Shown: positions 37,884 to 48,196 of the stretch, piece after piece | Numbering within the stretch: the first letter of the stretch is position 1 | How the letters are laid out: every line of letters begins with the position of its first letter | Assembly (NCBI GenBank): GCA_051252135.1 | Contig: JBPOGH010000001.1 | Location: 544,001-608,000, forward strand | DNA: 64,000 nucleotides | Reading direction: 5' to 3' | DNA from: Verrucomicrobiaceae bacterium | GTDB taxonomy: Bacteria > Verrucomicrobiota > Verrucomicrobiia > Verrucomicrobiales > Akkermansiaceae | The notes under the pieces: model-generated | What the model saw: only the letters and a program-made list of their open reading frames with translations | The model's database searches: none | What the model was told of the DNA's origin: nothing | Translations under genes and position numbers: made by a program

Positions 37884-40322
37884 CTACTCGGGCACTCCAA
37901 ATCGACGGAATCCACCTCCCGACCGGCGGGGCGGAGAAGCCTTCTTGGTCGTTTCCTTTTTGGGCGTTTCACGAACAGCCTCTGCACGTTGGCCACTCTT
38001 GGCGTCCTCCAAAGTCCCCTTGGCCGGAAGCATCCCGTTTCCGGTCGGTGGGAACGAGTCGCGTGCTTCCCCGATAAAGGGGCTCTGCGCCTCGAAGCCA
38101 TCTTCGAAGTTCCGGTAATCGTGAACATTACTGATGATCTGGGGGCGGAGGAGAATAATGAGCTCCCGACGTTGCGTATTCTTCTTGGTGCTTGAGAAAA
38201 GGCGCCCCAGTCCGGGAACCCGGCTCAGGAATGGCACTCCGCTCGTGCTATCGGTGTCCTCCTCCGTAATAAGGCCTCCCAGAATAATCGCGGAACCACT
38301 CTCGGTAATCACGCTCGTGGTCAACTCTTCGGTGGCAATGTCCGGGACATCAACACCCGCTGCAATCGTCCGGCTGGTATCCTGCACCGCATCCCGAACC
38401 AAAGAGATTTCCAGGGTAACTTGAGTGTCCGAGTTGATCAGCGGTTGCACCGCCAACTCCAGTGTCACATCACGATATTCCACGTTGGTATTTTGTCCCC
38501 CGTTGACTCCGCTGTTGAACGTGCTCGCAGGGATCGCGATTCGACGACCCGAGGAGATACGGGCCACCCGGTTATTGCGTGTCGTCACCACCGGACGTTC
38601 CAACGTCTTGAAGTTGGTGTTCGCCTCAAGCGCATTCACAAAGACCGAGAAATTGTCGTTGAAGATACCGTAAAGCGAGGTTCCCGCCCCCGTGGCACCG
38701 TTGGCCGTGAGAAGACCCGCCAGGTTATCCAGATCACCTGAGCTCAATGCCCCTGCTCCCTGATCACCGAAGGTCAGTCGTCCACCGATCTGATCTCCGG
38801 AATCCGTTCCAATGATTCGGGCCAAGTCGAAACCGAAATTCAGGTTATCTCCAAGGGTGTAGCTTCCAATCACCGCTGAAATGACAACCTGCTGTCCGGG
38901 TGAATCAAGTTGGGAAATGAGATTCTTAACAATTTCAATATGATGCGGTGGACCATTGACGATCACCGCGTTGGCCACGTTGTCCGCCACCAGAAGTGTC
39001 TTGCCAATAATTTGGGCTTCAGGAGCCGTCGGAATATCCTGCTCCTCAAGATTGGTGCGACTCCCCCCGCTTGCTCCCCCGCCTCCGGTCGTATTGGTCC
39101 GGTTGTTATTGACGTTACTTTGATTGTTCGTCCGCGAGTTCTGGTTCTGATTGGGCAGGCCTCCGCCACCGGCACCCGATGTCGAACTGCTGCTCATCGT
39201 TGCCTCAATGGCATCATAGGCAATCGGAATAAACTCTCCCACGCGCAAATAACGCAGACGGTAGGTGAAATCATTTTTCCCGTCGCTCGGGACATCGTAT
39301 CCCTGAATCAGAGAGGTCACCACCGCGATATCCGCGGGACGCCCCACCAGAAGAATCCGATTCGTCCGGGAATCCGGAATGATGTTGATGGGAACTTCTT
39401 CAGCCGAACCTCCTGCTGATGCAGCGGCCGCAGTGGCCGTTCCGCCTGGTAACGGCGCCCGCTGGCGCGTCGTGCGGGTCGTCGTGTTCGAGCTATTGCG
39501 CTCGTTGTAAATCTCGTTCAAACGCTCCGCGATCTCATCGACGTCAGCATAAACCACCTTCACCCACTCTTCGGAAATACGGACCGAGCGATCGATATCA
39601 TCTCTTAACTTAATCAGTTGCCGAATCAGGGAGGAGTTTTCCTTGATGATCAGGGATGATGCATTGGTCACCGCAGTGATGCTCCCGGAAGGACTGCTTT
39701 GCCCCATCACACTTTGAAACACCCGCAATGCCTCCTCCGGCTTAAGGTGATTGAACTCCATGCGGTAGGTCACCAGCTGGTCCGTCAACGGGAGGTCGAG
39801 TGGGTCGTCAAGGTAAGCCAAGGGTGCTGATCCTGTTCCCTGGGTTGGCCCGGATGCCACAATCCGCACGATGTCCGGATCCAGTTGATCCGGCACAATC
39901 GCCAGACCTTCCGCCAACAACGTGATCTCAAGCAGCTTCGCTACCTCCGCATTGGTCATCGGACCCGGTTGCACAAAGTAAGCCTGCACCTGGGACGCCT
40001 GTGAGGTCAAAATCACACGCTTGCCCGTATGCTTGCGGTAAATCTCAGCCGCATCAATCCCTGTCATTTCAGGGCGCAAAATCTCGTCACCTTCCGGCAC
40101 CGCGATCGCGTTGGGGTCGAGAGGTCCCCTCATCGGGCGAACTGCTCTCCCGGGCTGGGCGGGAGCCACAGGCACGACCGGGTCAGTGCCGGGTAAGGTT
40201 CCCGGCAGAGGCTGCACAGGCGCGTCAGCACCCGGAGTCGCTGTGGGAGTAGGCGTAGGAGTCGGTTCCTGAGCGCCGGCCATTGCAGCGATGCCCAAAA
40301 AGATGGCGATGGTTCGTTTCAT
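37884..40322 (-). CDS. gspD: Type II secretion secretin GspD
   Basis: Signal peptide; N-domains (IIPDSRTNRILL, ADNVANAVIV); QVVISAVI, VEYRDV, IILGGLI, GVPFLSRVPGLGRLF, RRELIILLRP. Confidence 0.92.
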   Translation of the reverse strand: MKRTIAIFLGIAAMAGAQEPTPTPTPTATPGADAPVQPLPGTLPGTDPVVPVAPAQPGRAVRPMRGPLDPNAIAVPEGDEILRPEMTGIDAAEIYRKHTGKRVILTSQASQVQAYFVQPGPMTNAEVAKLLEITLLAEGLAIVPDQLDPDIVRIVASGPTQGTGSAPLAYLDDPLDLPLTDQLVTYRMEFNHLKPEEALRVFQSVMGQSSPSGSITAVTNASSLIIKENSSLIRQLIKLRDDIDRSVRISEEWVKVVYADVDEIAERLNEIYNERNSSNTTTRTTRQRAPLPGGTATAAAASAGGSAEEVPINIIPDSRTNRILLVGRPADIAVVTSLIQGYDVPSDGKNDFTYRLRYLRVGEFIPIAYDAIEATMSSSSTSGAGGGGLPNQNQNSRTNNQSNVNNNRTNTTGGGGASGGSRTNLEEQDIPTAPEAQIIGKTLLVADNVANAVIVNGPPHHIEIVKNLISQLDSPGQQVVISAVIGSYTLGDNLNFGFDLARIIGTDSGDQIGGRLTFGDQGAGALSSGDLDNLAGLLTANGATGAGTSLYGIFNDNFSVFVNALEANTNFKTLERPVVTTRNNRVARISSGRRIAIPASTFNSGVNGGQNTNVEYRDVTLELAVQPLINSDTQVTLEISLVRDAVQDTSRTIAAGVDVPDIATEELTTSVITESGSAIILGGLITEEDTDSTSGVPFLSRVPGLGRLFSSTKKNTQRRELIILLRPQIISNVHDYRNFEDGFEAQSPFIGEARDSFPPTGNGMLPAKGTLEDAKSGQRAEAVRETPKKETTKKASPPRRSGGGFRRFGVPE

Positions 40323-40352
40323 GAAATTGATCGTGGAGTCGGGTTGTCGAAA

Positions 40353-40904
40353 TTATTTCTTCGGCTTCGGAATGTAGCGTGTCCGGGGAGCTTTGGTCGT
40401 CGTCGGAGTAGCCGTCTTGGTCCCGCCGGGGAGTCCGGCTGGAGTCGGCGTGGCCGTCTTGGTTGTCGTCTTTTGGGTCGTTTTCTTCGTCTGCGCCTGC
40501 GGTGGCGGGGCCTTCCGCAAAACCAGATACTTGGTATCAAACTTCACCCATCCCCGATGCGGTCCCTTCTGAATATGGACCTCGGTATCAAGAAAACTTC
40601 CTTCGCTCTGTTTCACCTCAAGCACCGCAAACCCCTCGGATTTGCGACCCGGGATGCGAATCCGCTCACTGGTGTTCTTCTTGTTCACCAAGGTCACAAA
40701 CTGCCCATCGGTGTATTTCTCCAAACCCACCAAAACCCAATCTTCGAGATCATTGGGTTCGTTAATAGGATCGACAGGCAGTGGCGGATCCGTAAGCGGT
40801 GAGTTCTGCCAAAGATGATTGTAGCGGCTGGCAAGATGGGTCTGGGGAGGCTCAACCGCCGCAAGCGGAAGCGCCAGTGAGAGAACGAGGAAAATGGCTT
40901 TCAT
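40353..40904 (-). CDS. Secreted/periplasmic hypothetical protein, possible GspC analogue
   Basis: Signal peptide, NSPL..PP, WVLVGL, Pro/Thr-rich tail; directly upstream of gspD. Confidence 0.55.
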   Translation of the reverse strand: MKAIFLVLSLALPLAAVEPPQTHLASRYNHLWQNSPLTDPPLPVDPINEPNDLEDWVLVGLEKYTDGQFVTLVNKKNTSERIRIPGRKSEGFAVLEVKQSEGSFLDTEVHIQKGPHRGWVKFDTKYLVLRKAPPPQAQTKKTTQKTTTKTATPTPAGLPGGTKTATPTTTKAPRTRYIPKPKK

Positions 40905-40907
40905 GAT

Positions 40908-41450
40908 CTAGAGAGGGTTGGATTCGTCGTCGATGGGCAGAATGAATTTCTCAACTTCAACCTCACAATCGACTTTGGTGATGTCATTGTTGACCGGCTT
41001 GATTTCAAATTTGGTAATGACCTGAAGCTGCCGGTTCTGGCGCAACGCCATCAGCCATTGCTGAATTTGCTGCTCCATCCCGGTGACGCGATAGCGCACC
41101 CGGACCCGGTTGTAATGCTCGCCGGGCTGCCAGGGCAGGATCTGCTGGTCACGGGTGATCAGTCCCCTCTTCTTGGCTTCACGGTCCACAAAGGATTGCA
41201 AATTGGCTTGCGCGGTCTGGTAAGCAATGGGCTCACCTTCGCTACGCTCCAACCAGGAACCGGCCTTTTCCCAGCTGTCCTGCTGCTGCAGAACACTTTC
41301 AGCACGATTCAGGGCCATCTCGGAGGCATTGGTGCGCTTTAGAGCGGCATCCAGCCGTTGCTGGTAGAACTTTTTAAACGCCAGCACATTAACCACCACA
41401 AAGAGGGTGCCAACGAGCATGATGAGGAGTTTTTTTTCGCGATCGGACAT
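40908..41450 (-). CDS. GspM/PilO-like inner membrane platform protein
   Basis: MSDREKKLL + TM + coiled coil + ferredoxin-like C-terminus. Confidence 0.7.
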   Translation of the reverse strand: MSDREKKLLIMLVGTLFVVVNVLAFKKFYQQRLDAALKRTNASEMALNRAESVLQQQDSWEKAGSWLERSEGEPIAYQTAQANLQSFVDREAKKRGLITRDQQILPWQPGEHYNRVRVRYRVTGMEQQIQQWLMALRQNRQLQVITKFEIKPVNNDITKVDCEVEVEKFILPIDDESNPL

Positions 41451-41461
41451 GAATGCTGGCG

Positions 41462-42754
41462 TTAGTTAGGTGCTTTGGCTGTATATCTAAAGCCCCAAGC
41501 TCCGGTTTTTGTCTGCGATTCGGGCTCAATCGTCCAATCAAAGTCGGAAAGCTCTTCTTTGGCCTGCAGCGCGAGGTTGAACTTCGCCACGTCGTTGGTG
41601 TCTGCCGCCTCCCCCATCACCACAATCTCGCGATTCATCTCAAGCACGCCCCCATCAGCCACCTTGGGCTGATTATAGACCGTCACCAAAGTCAGGCGCA
41701 CCTTGCGCTCACCCACATTGGGCAAACAGGTCGAGACCTGATGAAACACCTCATAAGGATAAAATTCTTCCTCCACGACGGGAGAGAGCTCCTCCCACTT
41801 GTCTTGCAGCGACATCAATTGGGTAGTCTCACCACTGAGCTGACTGACCTGGCGCTCGGCAACCTGCGCATCTTTCTCCGCTTTCTGCACCTTGGTGTAA
41901 AGGAAAGCAATCACGCCGAGATAGGCAATCGCCATTGCCACCAGAAGAATGGTGCGGTTTCGCTTCGAAGCCGCCTGCATTCTCTCCGCCCGGACATCTT
42001 CCGGCAGGAGCTTGCTCGGTGGCATCGGCCAATGCGGACGGGGCTTGGGTGAAGGATTCACTTCCAGATTCACTCCCCGACTCAAGGCCTCCAGTTCTTC
42101 TTCGCGGGCATCGGCACTCGATCCGGTGGTCCACACCACCACTTCTCCCGGAGTTTCGGGCAGAAGCCCCTGCAACTGAAGTTGCGAAATCGCAAGTCGG
42201 ATATCCTTTCCCGCCCGGGCATCAAGATGCTCGCCGGGAAGACACTGAAAGTAGAGGGCCTTGGTTGATTCGCCGATTCCAAATACCCACCGCCCCAGTT
42301 CTTTCCACACGGCCACCTTACCTGCCGGCAAAGGAAGACAACGCGGAGACAGGTCAAAGGCTTCGGGACTACGACGCGGAAGTTCCCCCTCCTTGGGCGC
42401 GGAAAGAACCACCGAGGTCAGCACCGTGTCCTCACCTCCCTGACCATAAACAAAGTGATCGGTAAGCTGCCCTCCATCGAGCGAAGGCCGCACCCCGTTC
42501 TTCTCAAGATGCATCTCCGCGAGATCGTCGAGCAAATCAAGATCGGTCGTTTGCGCCCGGAAGGGCAAAGCCACCAACTGACGAACCGGCAGTGCCATTT
42601 GCAGCGGACCGGAGGGACACTCGGTCACCTCCAATGCCTTTCGATGTTCGGTCTCGGCATGACGGCTTAAGCCTTCGGCCGGGGTGCCTTTCCAGACCTC
42701 CCATCCCGTCGCTCCCGGCATCAATAAGATCAGGTCTCCTTTTTTAGCGCTCAT
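41462..42754 (-). CDS. GspL/PilM-PilN-like protein
   Basis: Cytoplasmic domain, LLPE + TM, coiled coil, periplasmic domain; position between gspK and gspM-like. Confidence 0.7.
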   Translation of the reverse strand: MSAKKGDLILLMPGATGWEVWKGTPAEGLSRHAETEHRKALEVTECPSGPLQMALPVRQLVALPFRAQTTDLDLLDDLAEMHLEKNGVRPSLDGGQLTDHFVYGQGGEDTVLTSVVLSAPKEGELPRRSPEAFDLSPRCLPLPAGKVAVWKELGRWVFGIGESTKALYFQCLPGEHLDARAGKDIRLAISQLQLQGLLPETPGEVVVWTTGSSADAREEELEALSRGVNLEVNPSPKPRPHWPMPPSKLLPEDVRAERMQAASKRNRTILLVAMAIAYLGVIAFLYTKVQKAEKDAQVAERQVSQLSGETTQLMSLQDKWEELSPVVEEEFYPYEVFHQVSTCLPNVGERKVRLTLVTVYNQPKVADGGVLEMNREIVVMGEAADTNDVAKFNLALQAKEELSDFDWTIEPESQTKTGAWGFRYTAKAPN

Positions 42755-43674
42755 TTTACAAGTTCTTCTCTACGATCAAGGATCTGGGGATTTCCACTGC
42801 GGTTCCGTATGATGAGGACGATCTTTCTTCGAACATCCCCTGAAAAGCCAATACTTTCGATACGATCCGTCGAATCGTTCGAAGAAAAACGATTTCGAAT
42901 CGTTCCCGTCTCGTCTCCAAAGACCCCCATTTGCGTCAGAGCTTCATCCACCGAAAGCGGCGTATCATCCTCGGTGTCCTGAATCCCATCGGGACCCTCC
43001 ACGTAATCCACCACCGGAATCGCATCCTCAATATCCACCTCTGCCGCGATCGCCAGGTATTCCGCTGACGCTGCCGTAACATCCAGACCACCAGATGACC
43101 AAATGGTAAACCACTCACGCCAATTCGGATTGGCCGCTTCCACCACGTCCATTCCCCGCACCAGCCTCATCTCGTCGAGATCGTAAAAGGGCCGGTTGTA
43201 GGGCTGGTTGATAAATCCTTCATTCTCATACCAGTCAATTTCAGCACCATTGACCTCCTCGTTGTCATTGGGATCAATCCAATCCACCAGCGCATCCACA
43301 ATCCCGGAAGAAACATCATAATCGATCCCCCAATGGTCAAAAATCAACCGCAAGAGAGCCTTGTCTCCGCTCTGCAGAACGTAGTTGATGTTAAACGCCT
43401 TCCCTTCCGATTGAATCGACGCTTCAAACCCCGTTCCATCCTCAAACCCCTGCCTTAACAATGGGTCCCACTTCTCAACCACCGGATTCGCCGCAATCGC
43501 AATTCCCTTTTCAGCCTGCTGCCGCGCCTCAATTCCCGATGTCTGCGCATCCACCACATTGATCTGGTAGGAGACCACCCGCATCGCCGCCACGATCGCC
43601 AACCCCATGATTGCCATGATCCAAAAGACCGCAACCAGGGCTGCACCGCGTTTCCTTAGAGGCCGTAGTCTCAT
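42751..43674 (-). CDS. gspK: Minor pseudopilin GspK
   Basis: RG|AALVAVFW (no E5), NINY, ALVDWID, GAE..WY, LDEMRLVRGM. Confidence 0.9.
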   Translation of the reverse strand: MRLRPLRKRGAALVAVFWIMAIMGLAIVAAMRVVSYQINVVDAQTSGIEARQQAEKGIAIAANPVVEKWDPLLRQGFEDGTGFEASIQSEGKAFNINYVLQSGDKALLRLIFDHWGIDYDVSSGIVDALVDWIDPNDNEEVNGAEIDWYENEGFINQPYNRPFYDLDEMRLVRGMDVVEAANPNWREWFTIWSSGGLDVTAASAEYLAIAAEVDIEDAIPVVDYVEGPDGIQDTEDDTPLSVDEALTQMGVFGDETGTIRNRFSSNDSTDRIESIGFSGDVRRKIVLIIRNRSGNPQILDRREELVK

Positions 43675-44525
43675 CGTCCCCCTCCATTCCGGTCGCCGCC
43701 ACGATTCCCCCCCTCTCCCGGAGGACGGGAACCACTGGGTCGCTCGGGTGACACGGTAGGCCGATTACCGCCCGGGGCACCCCCGATATTTGGGTTCGGA
43801 GTAGACACCCCTCCGTTCCCTCCCTGATTTCCCTGCACATTATTCCCCAGAGAAAGCATCAGTGTGACCGGGTTGACCTTCGATGGAATCCAGAAAACAC
43901 GCCGCACCACATCCCCCGTCTGCCCAAACGCCAAATGCAGCTCAACCTGGGTCGGCTTCCGTCCCGCCACTTCCCAGTCATTCTGCCACTCCAAGTCCTG
44001 ATTCCGGCCATCCAGAACCCGCCACTCAAACAATCGCAAGCCCTGCAACAAGGTGATCGAAGCAATCGGTTCAATCCCTAACTCGGCAAGCTCCCCATCG
44101 GCATCCAGAATTTGCTCATCAAAATAATCCAGAACGATATCGATCTCACCATCCTGCAGAGGCACCGTCCTGATCCGCAGCGCCTCCGAGGAAACCGCCA
44201 TCCCCCCCCAATTGAACGCGGTCGGCACGTTCTGAAAAATCATTTCCGAGAGATACTGACCACGTTGTTCCGTGTAAGTCAGCTCAATCCGGCAATTCCC
44301 GGGCAGCCCCTCAAAATGCCGTCTCATCAGCGTGAAAAACGCATCCTGGGTAATCTCGGCATTCTGGCGCTGTACCGTCTGCTGGGTCGATTTGATCGTC
44401 GAGTCCGCCAACCTCATGATCGAAGTCACCAACAAGCCCGAAATAATCATCGCCAACACCAGCTCCACCAAGGTGAAGCCTCTCTTCAGACGACCAAGCC
44501 GCCCTCTGTTCGGATGAATCTTCAT
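43671..44525 (-). CDS. gspJ: Minor pseudopilin GspJ-like
   Basis: RG|FTLVELVLAM prepilin motif; W..DW....P..V C-terminal pattern. Confidence 0.75.
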   Translation of the reverse strand: MKIHPNRGRLGRLKRGFTLVELVLAMIISGLLVTSIMRLADSTIKSTQQTVQRQNAEITQDAFFTLMRRHFEGLPGNCRIELTYTEQRGQYLSEMIFQNVPTAFNWGGMAVSSEALRIRTVPLQDGEIDIVLDYFDEQILDADGELAELGIEPIASITLLQGLRLFEWRVLDGRNQDLEWQNDWEVAGRKPTQVELHLAFGQTGDVVRRVFWIPSKVNPVTLMLSLGNNVQGNQGGNGGVSTPNPNIGGAPGGNRPTVSPERPSGSRPPGEGGNRGGDRNGGGR

Positions 44526-44932
44526 GGCTTGTAGAGCCTGAGATAACGCCAGCCCTCGGCGGTTTCCTGTTTTTCGCGCCCGTCCTCATACCACCGCGCC
44601 GTCACCACCACCCGATACATCTCCTGCAAGAGCTGCCCCTCCTCCGTCTCAATCTCCATCGGCTCGATCACCGTCAAAATCTCCATATCCCGCTCCTCAA
44701 TATCAGTCACCGTGCTTCCCTCTTCCAGGGTGGGCAGCATCAGGGTCTCGGTTAGGGCACTATCGACAATCTGGGTAATCTGCATCCGCTCCCCCACCAA
44801 CATCGAGTTTTTCCGAATCACCGCAAGAGCCTTCGTGAACCCCACCGCCATGATCCCAAAAACCATCAACGCCAGCACCACCTCCATCAGGAGGAAGCCG
44901 CGCTTGGGGCCTTGTTTGCAATTCAACCTCAT
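44522..44932 (-). CDS. gspI: Minor pseudopilin GspI-like
   Basis: RG|FLLMEVVLAL; YRVVVTARW. Confidence 0.72.
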   Translation of the reverse strand: MRLNCKQGPKRGFLLMEVVLALMVFGIMAVGFTKALAVIRKNSMLVGERMQITQIVDSALTETLMLPTLEEGSTVTDIEERDMEILTVIEPMEIETEEGQLLQEMYRVVVTARWYEDGREKQETAEGWRYLRLYKP

Positions 44933-45501
44933 CGTTTTCCAGTGATGGTCAGTGATTCATCCTCCGCCATTCCGGTGAGCGGATGGTAAATTCGCGACAG
45001 ACTGTTGTCGCCGAAGTCCTTCGAGAGCAGAATGGCCACCGGCTCGCAAAGTCCGGCCGGTTCCAATATCCACCGCTCTTTCAAATCTCCGGTCACCAAA
45101 TTGAAATTCTGCTGACCCCACCGCCGAACCGATAACTCATAGATCGGGTCCAACTCCTCAATCCGCGGCCAGGATTGCTCGGCCAGCGTCCGAAGACCAC
45201 CATCCGACTCAACGACATTTTGCTCGTTGGGATTGATCAGCGGACCAAGGGTGACCTTCCCCTCGCTCAACTCCACCACGAAGGCTTGTTGATAACTCAC
45301 CGCTAGGGCCCGCCCTTGCCTCACAAAGTCTTCAATTTTTGCATGTTCCTTACGAACCGCCTCTTCCTCTTGCGGCGAGTTCACCAGAAAAACCACCGAA
45401 GCCATCAGGACGCTCGCCACCCCTAACACCACAATGATCTCCATAAGACTGAAGCCCGGGCGGGTCAGTCTCATCGGTGAATCATTGAAGGAGTGGGTCA
45501 T
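44929..45501 (-). CDS. gspH: Minor pseudopilin GspH/FimT-like
   Basis: PG|FSLMEIIVVL; start may be ATG 45474. Confidence 0.72.
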   Translation of the reverse strand: MTHSFNDSPMRLTRPGFSLMEIIVVLGVASVLMASVVFLVNSPQEEEAVRKEHAKIEDFVRQGRALAVSYQQAFVVELSEGKVTLGPLINPNEQNVVESDGGLRTLAEQSWPRIEELDPIYELSVRRWGQQNFNLVTGDLKERWILEPAGLCEPVAILLSKDFGDNSLSRIYHPLTGMAEDESLTITGKR

Positions 45502-45524
45502 GGGGTTGGCAAGATGAAGACGAA

Positions 45525-45977
45525 TTACTCGTCCTGACTGCTCATGTCGTCGTCCGTCCCGAACTTGCCGTCTTTCCCGGGACTGATGATTTCAGGTAAG
45601 GTCGGGTCCTTCGAGCCCGGCATCTTGTATTCATACGCATTCCCCCATCCGTCGGTGGGCAGTTCCGGAAAACTCTGCACCCAATCCTTGGGAATTGGCG
45701 ATGCCGTAGGCTTCTTCACCAGGGCCTCCAGCCCCTGGCTTTCAGTAGGATATCCCCGACGACCGCTCATCTTATAAGTGTCCAGGTGACCCAAAATGGC
45801 CGTAAAGTCCCGTCGCGTCGTTTGAATCCGCGCCTGGTCACCAAAGCTCCTCGAAGCATAAATGACCGAACCCAGGATGACCCCGATGATGCCCATCACG
45901 ATCACCATTTCAAAGAGGCTAAAACCGCGGGCGAATCCGCGAAGACGTCGATTTGTGGAAGATGTCTGAAGTTTCAT
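45525..45977 (-). CDS. gspG: Major pseudopilin GspG
   Basis: RG|FSLFEM, YPTESQGLEALV, DGWGNAYEY..PG, SPGKDGKFGTDDD. Confidence 0.92.
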   Translation of the reverse strand: MKLQTSSTNRRLRGFARGFSLFEMVIVMGIIGVILGSVIYASRSFGDQARIQTTRRDFTAILGHLDTYKMSGRRGYPTESQGLEALVKKPTASPIPKDWVQSFPELPTDGWGNAYEYKMPGSKDPTLPEIISPGKDGKFGTDDDMSSQDE

Positions 45978-46136
45978 AATGTCTGTGAATGATCTCTACA
46001 CTGAAAATAACGCACACGAAACGCAAACTTGTCAGTGGATTCTTGGAAGAATCTTCCATTCCCGCCCAAAGGGATTTCCTTTTGCCCGATTTACCGTAAA
46101 GTAATGTCTGGTTAATAAACTCCCGCCCATATCCCA

Positions 46137-46979
46137 ATGTCTCTTGAAATCCTTCCTCCAACCAGCTGCCTCTTTCTCCGCGCTCACTCAGAGACCTTCA
46201 GCGGAGTTCCGGCTTTGCTTGGAATCCCCTTCGGAAAAGGCACCGACGATAGCGCCGATGTCACCCGCGCCGCCTCCCAATCCCTCAAATCCTACTCCCC
46301 CGCTTCAGATGCCGACCTCGCGGACATTCTTTTCACCGATTATGGAAACCTCGTCCTAAAAACCGACTCGGCCGAGGATGCCGCCCGCATCGTGGGTGAC
46401 GCCACTCGCGCCGTCCTCGGAACCGGAGCCACCCCCATCCTCTTCGGTGGAGATGGCTCCCCCTTCCCCGGCGCCGTCAGGGCGACCCTTGACCGCTACC
46501 CAAATCTCGTCGTCATCCAAATTTCCGCCTCCCCCAAGCTGGGTTCGGGTATCAGTGACAAGTGGCACCCCGGATCCGCCACCGCCCGCATCCTCGACCG
46601 ACTCCCCGGCGATCAACTCCTCCAGCTCGGAATGCACGAAGGACTCAAAAAGGACTTTGAAGAAATGCGCGAGGAAAACCGCCTCGTTACCATCAAGGAC
46701 CTCCCCGATCGGCTCGATGACTCTCCCGTTTACCTGAGCCTCGACCTCGACGTCTTCGAATCCTCTCTCTTCTCCGCCACCGGCATCCACGAACCGGGGG
46801 GGCTTCTCTGGAGAGACTTCGAAGCCCTCCTCGACACCATTCCTTGGGCCAAGGTGAAAGGGATCGACTTCAGCGGACTCGTCCCGGATACCGATCTCAC
46901 CGGCTACTCCTCCCTCGCCAGCGCCAAGATTCTCCGCGAATTCATCCTCCGCCTTCCCCAGCCCGAGTTTGAAAGCTAA
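46137..46979 (+). CDS. Arginase/agmatinase-fold protein with degenerate metal site
   Basis: LGIPF, DYGNL, PILFGGDGS, VYLSLDLDVFE, ATG..EPGGL; DAHxD replaced by SASPK. Confidence 0.8.
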   Translation: MSLEILPPTSCLFLRAHSETFSGVPALLGIPFGKGTDDSADVTRAASQSLKSYSPASDADLADILFTDYGNLVLKTDSAEDAARIVGDATRAVLGTGATPILFGGDGSPFPGAVRATLDRYPNLVVIQISASPKLGSGISDKWHPGSATARILDRLPGDQLLQLGMHEGLKKDFEEMREENRLVTIKDLPDRLDDSPVYLSLDLDVFESSLFSATGIHEPGGLLWRDFEALLDTIPWAKVKGIDFSGLVPDTDLTGYSSLASAKILREFILRLPQPEFES

Positions 46980-46988
46980 AATGAGGAT

Positions 46989-47384
46989 TTAAAACGCATT
47001 CTCCACCAGATTCACCGCCGGTCGTTCACCCTCTTGCAGGATGATCTCCACCACGTCGAAGCGCCACGAGATCGTCCGCCTGAAATCCTCGTCATCCTCG
47101 CGGTGCTCCTCCGCAAGCAATCGCAGCCACTCGTTCGCTCCCCGCTCAATCAAGGTTTGCTTGTCCCGATCCACGGCCTCCAGCGGACGCCCATACCCCT
47201 TCCGTGTTCGCGTTTTCACCTCTACAAAAACGAGCTGCTTATAATCACGACCTCCCCGCATCACCAGATCCACCTCTCCCCCCTTCGGGGCCCGGAAGTT
47301 TCGATAGAGAAGCTTCCAGCCCTTTCGCATCAGGAAATGCGCTGCGATCCGCTCGCCAAGCGCACCCACCTCCATATGCCCCAT
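46989..47384 (-). CDS. yraN: YraN family protein
   Basis: GALGERIA, LYRNFR, GEVDLV, FVEVKTR, RFDVV, ENAF; start approximate. Confidence 0.9.
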   Translation of the reverse strand: MGHMEVGALGERIAAHFLMRKGWKLLYRNFRAPKGGEVDLVMRGGRDYKQLVFVEVKTRTRKGYGRPLEAVDRDKQTLIERGANEWLRLLAEEHREDDEDFRRTISWRFDVVEIILQEGERPAVNLVENAF

Positions 47385-47394
47385 CCGGCGACCC

Positions 47395-48015
47395 CTAATC
47401 TCCAGACGGGAGGCAGAGTTGAGCAACGGGCTGAAACGAGCGACGATGGAGCGGGCACGGGCCATGCCGTCTGAGAGCTTCCAAATGCGCCTTCGTTCCA
47501 TATCCCTTGTGCCGTTCAAAACCATAATGCGGATAAACCTCGGCTGCCGATCTCATAATCCGGTCCCGCGTCACTTTCGCAAAAATACTTGCTGTCGCAA
47601 TCGACAGACTCTTCGAGTCCCCCTTCACAATCCCCTCGTGCGGATAGGGATAATTGGGAACCGCAAGCCCATCAATCAACACCATCCCCGGCGTCACGCC
47701 CAACCCTGCGACACATCGCGCCATGCCCGCATGGGTCGCTTTTAAAATATTAATCTCATCGATCTCCCCCGCCTCCACCACGCTCACCGCCCACGAAAGA
47801 TCATCCATCGCAATCAACTCATCATAAATCGCCTCCCTCACCTTTTCGCTCAGCTTTTTCGAGTCGTTGATCTTGGAGTGCGCAAATCCCTTTGGCAAAA
47901 TCACCGCACCCACCACCACCGGCCCGGCCAAGGGACCACGCCCCGCTTCATCAACTCCCACCACCGGGCTCAAACCCGCCCGCGCATGCTTCTTTTCAAA
48001 TTCCCAGGTTGGCAT
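47395..48015 (-). CDS. rnhB: Ribonuclease HII
   Basis: GVDEAGRGPLAGPV, DSKKL, VKGD, ASIFAKVTRD, HKGYGT, HRRSF. Confidence 0.97.
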   Translation of the reverse strand: MPTWEFEKKHARAGLSPVVGVDEAGRGPLAGPVVVGAVILPKGFAHSKINDSKKLSEKVREAIYDELIAMDDLSWAVSVVEAGEIDEINILKATHAGMARCVAGLGVTPGMVLIDGLAVPNYPYPHEGIVKGDSKSLSIATASIFAKVTRDRIMRSAAEVYPHYGFERHKGYGTKAHLEALRRHGPCPLHRRSFQPVAQLCLPSGD

Positions 48016-48196
48016 TCCTCAATCCGAGAATACGCCTCCCGGACAAACTGGCAAGCCCTCGACACCCAACCTCGAAACTCCGGATTTCAAAATCCATCAT
48101 TTACCCTCGATTCCCAATGGACCAATTTCTGAAAACCTTTCGCATTCCCTGGAACAAAGCCTAACTCTTCGCTAAGCCACCAACGACTTCCCCAAC

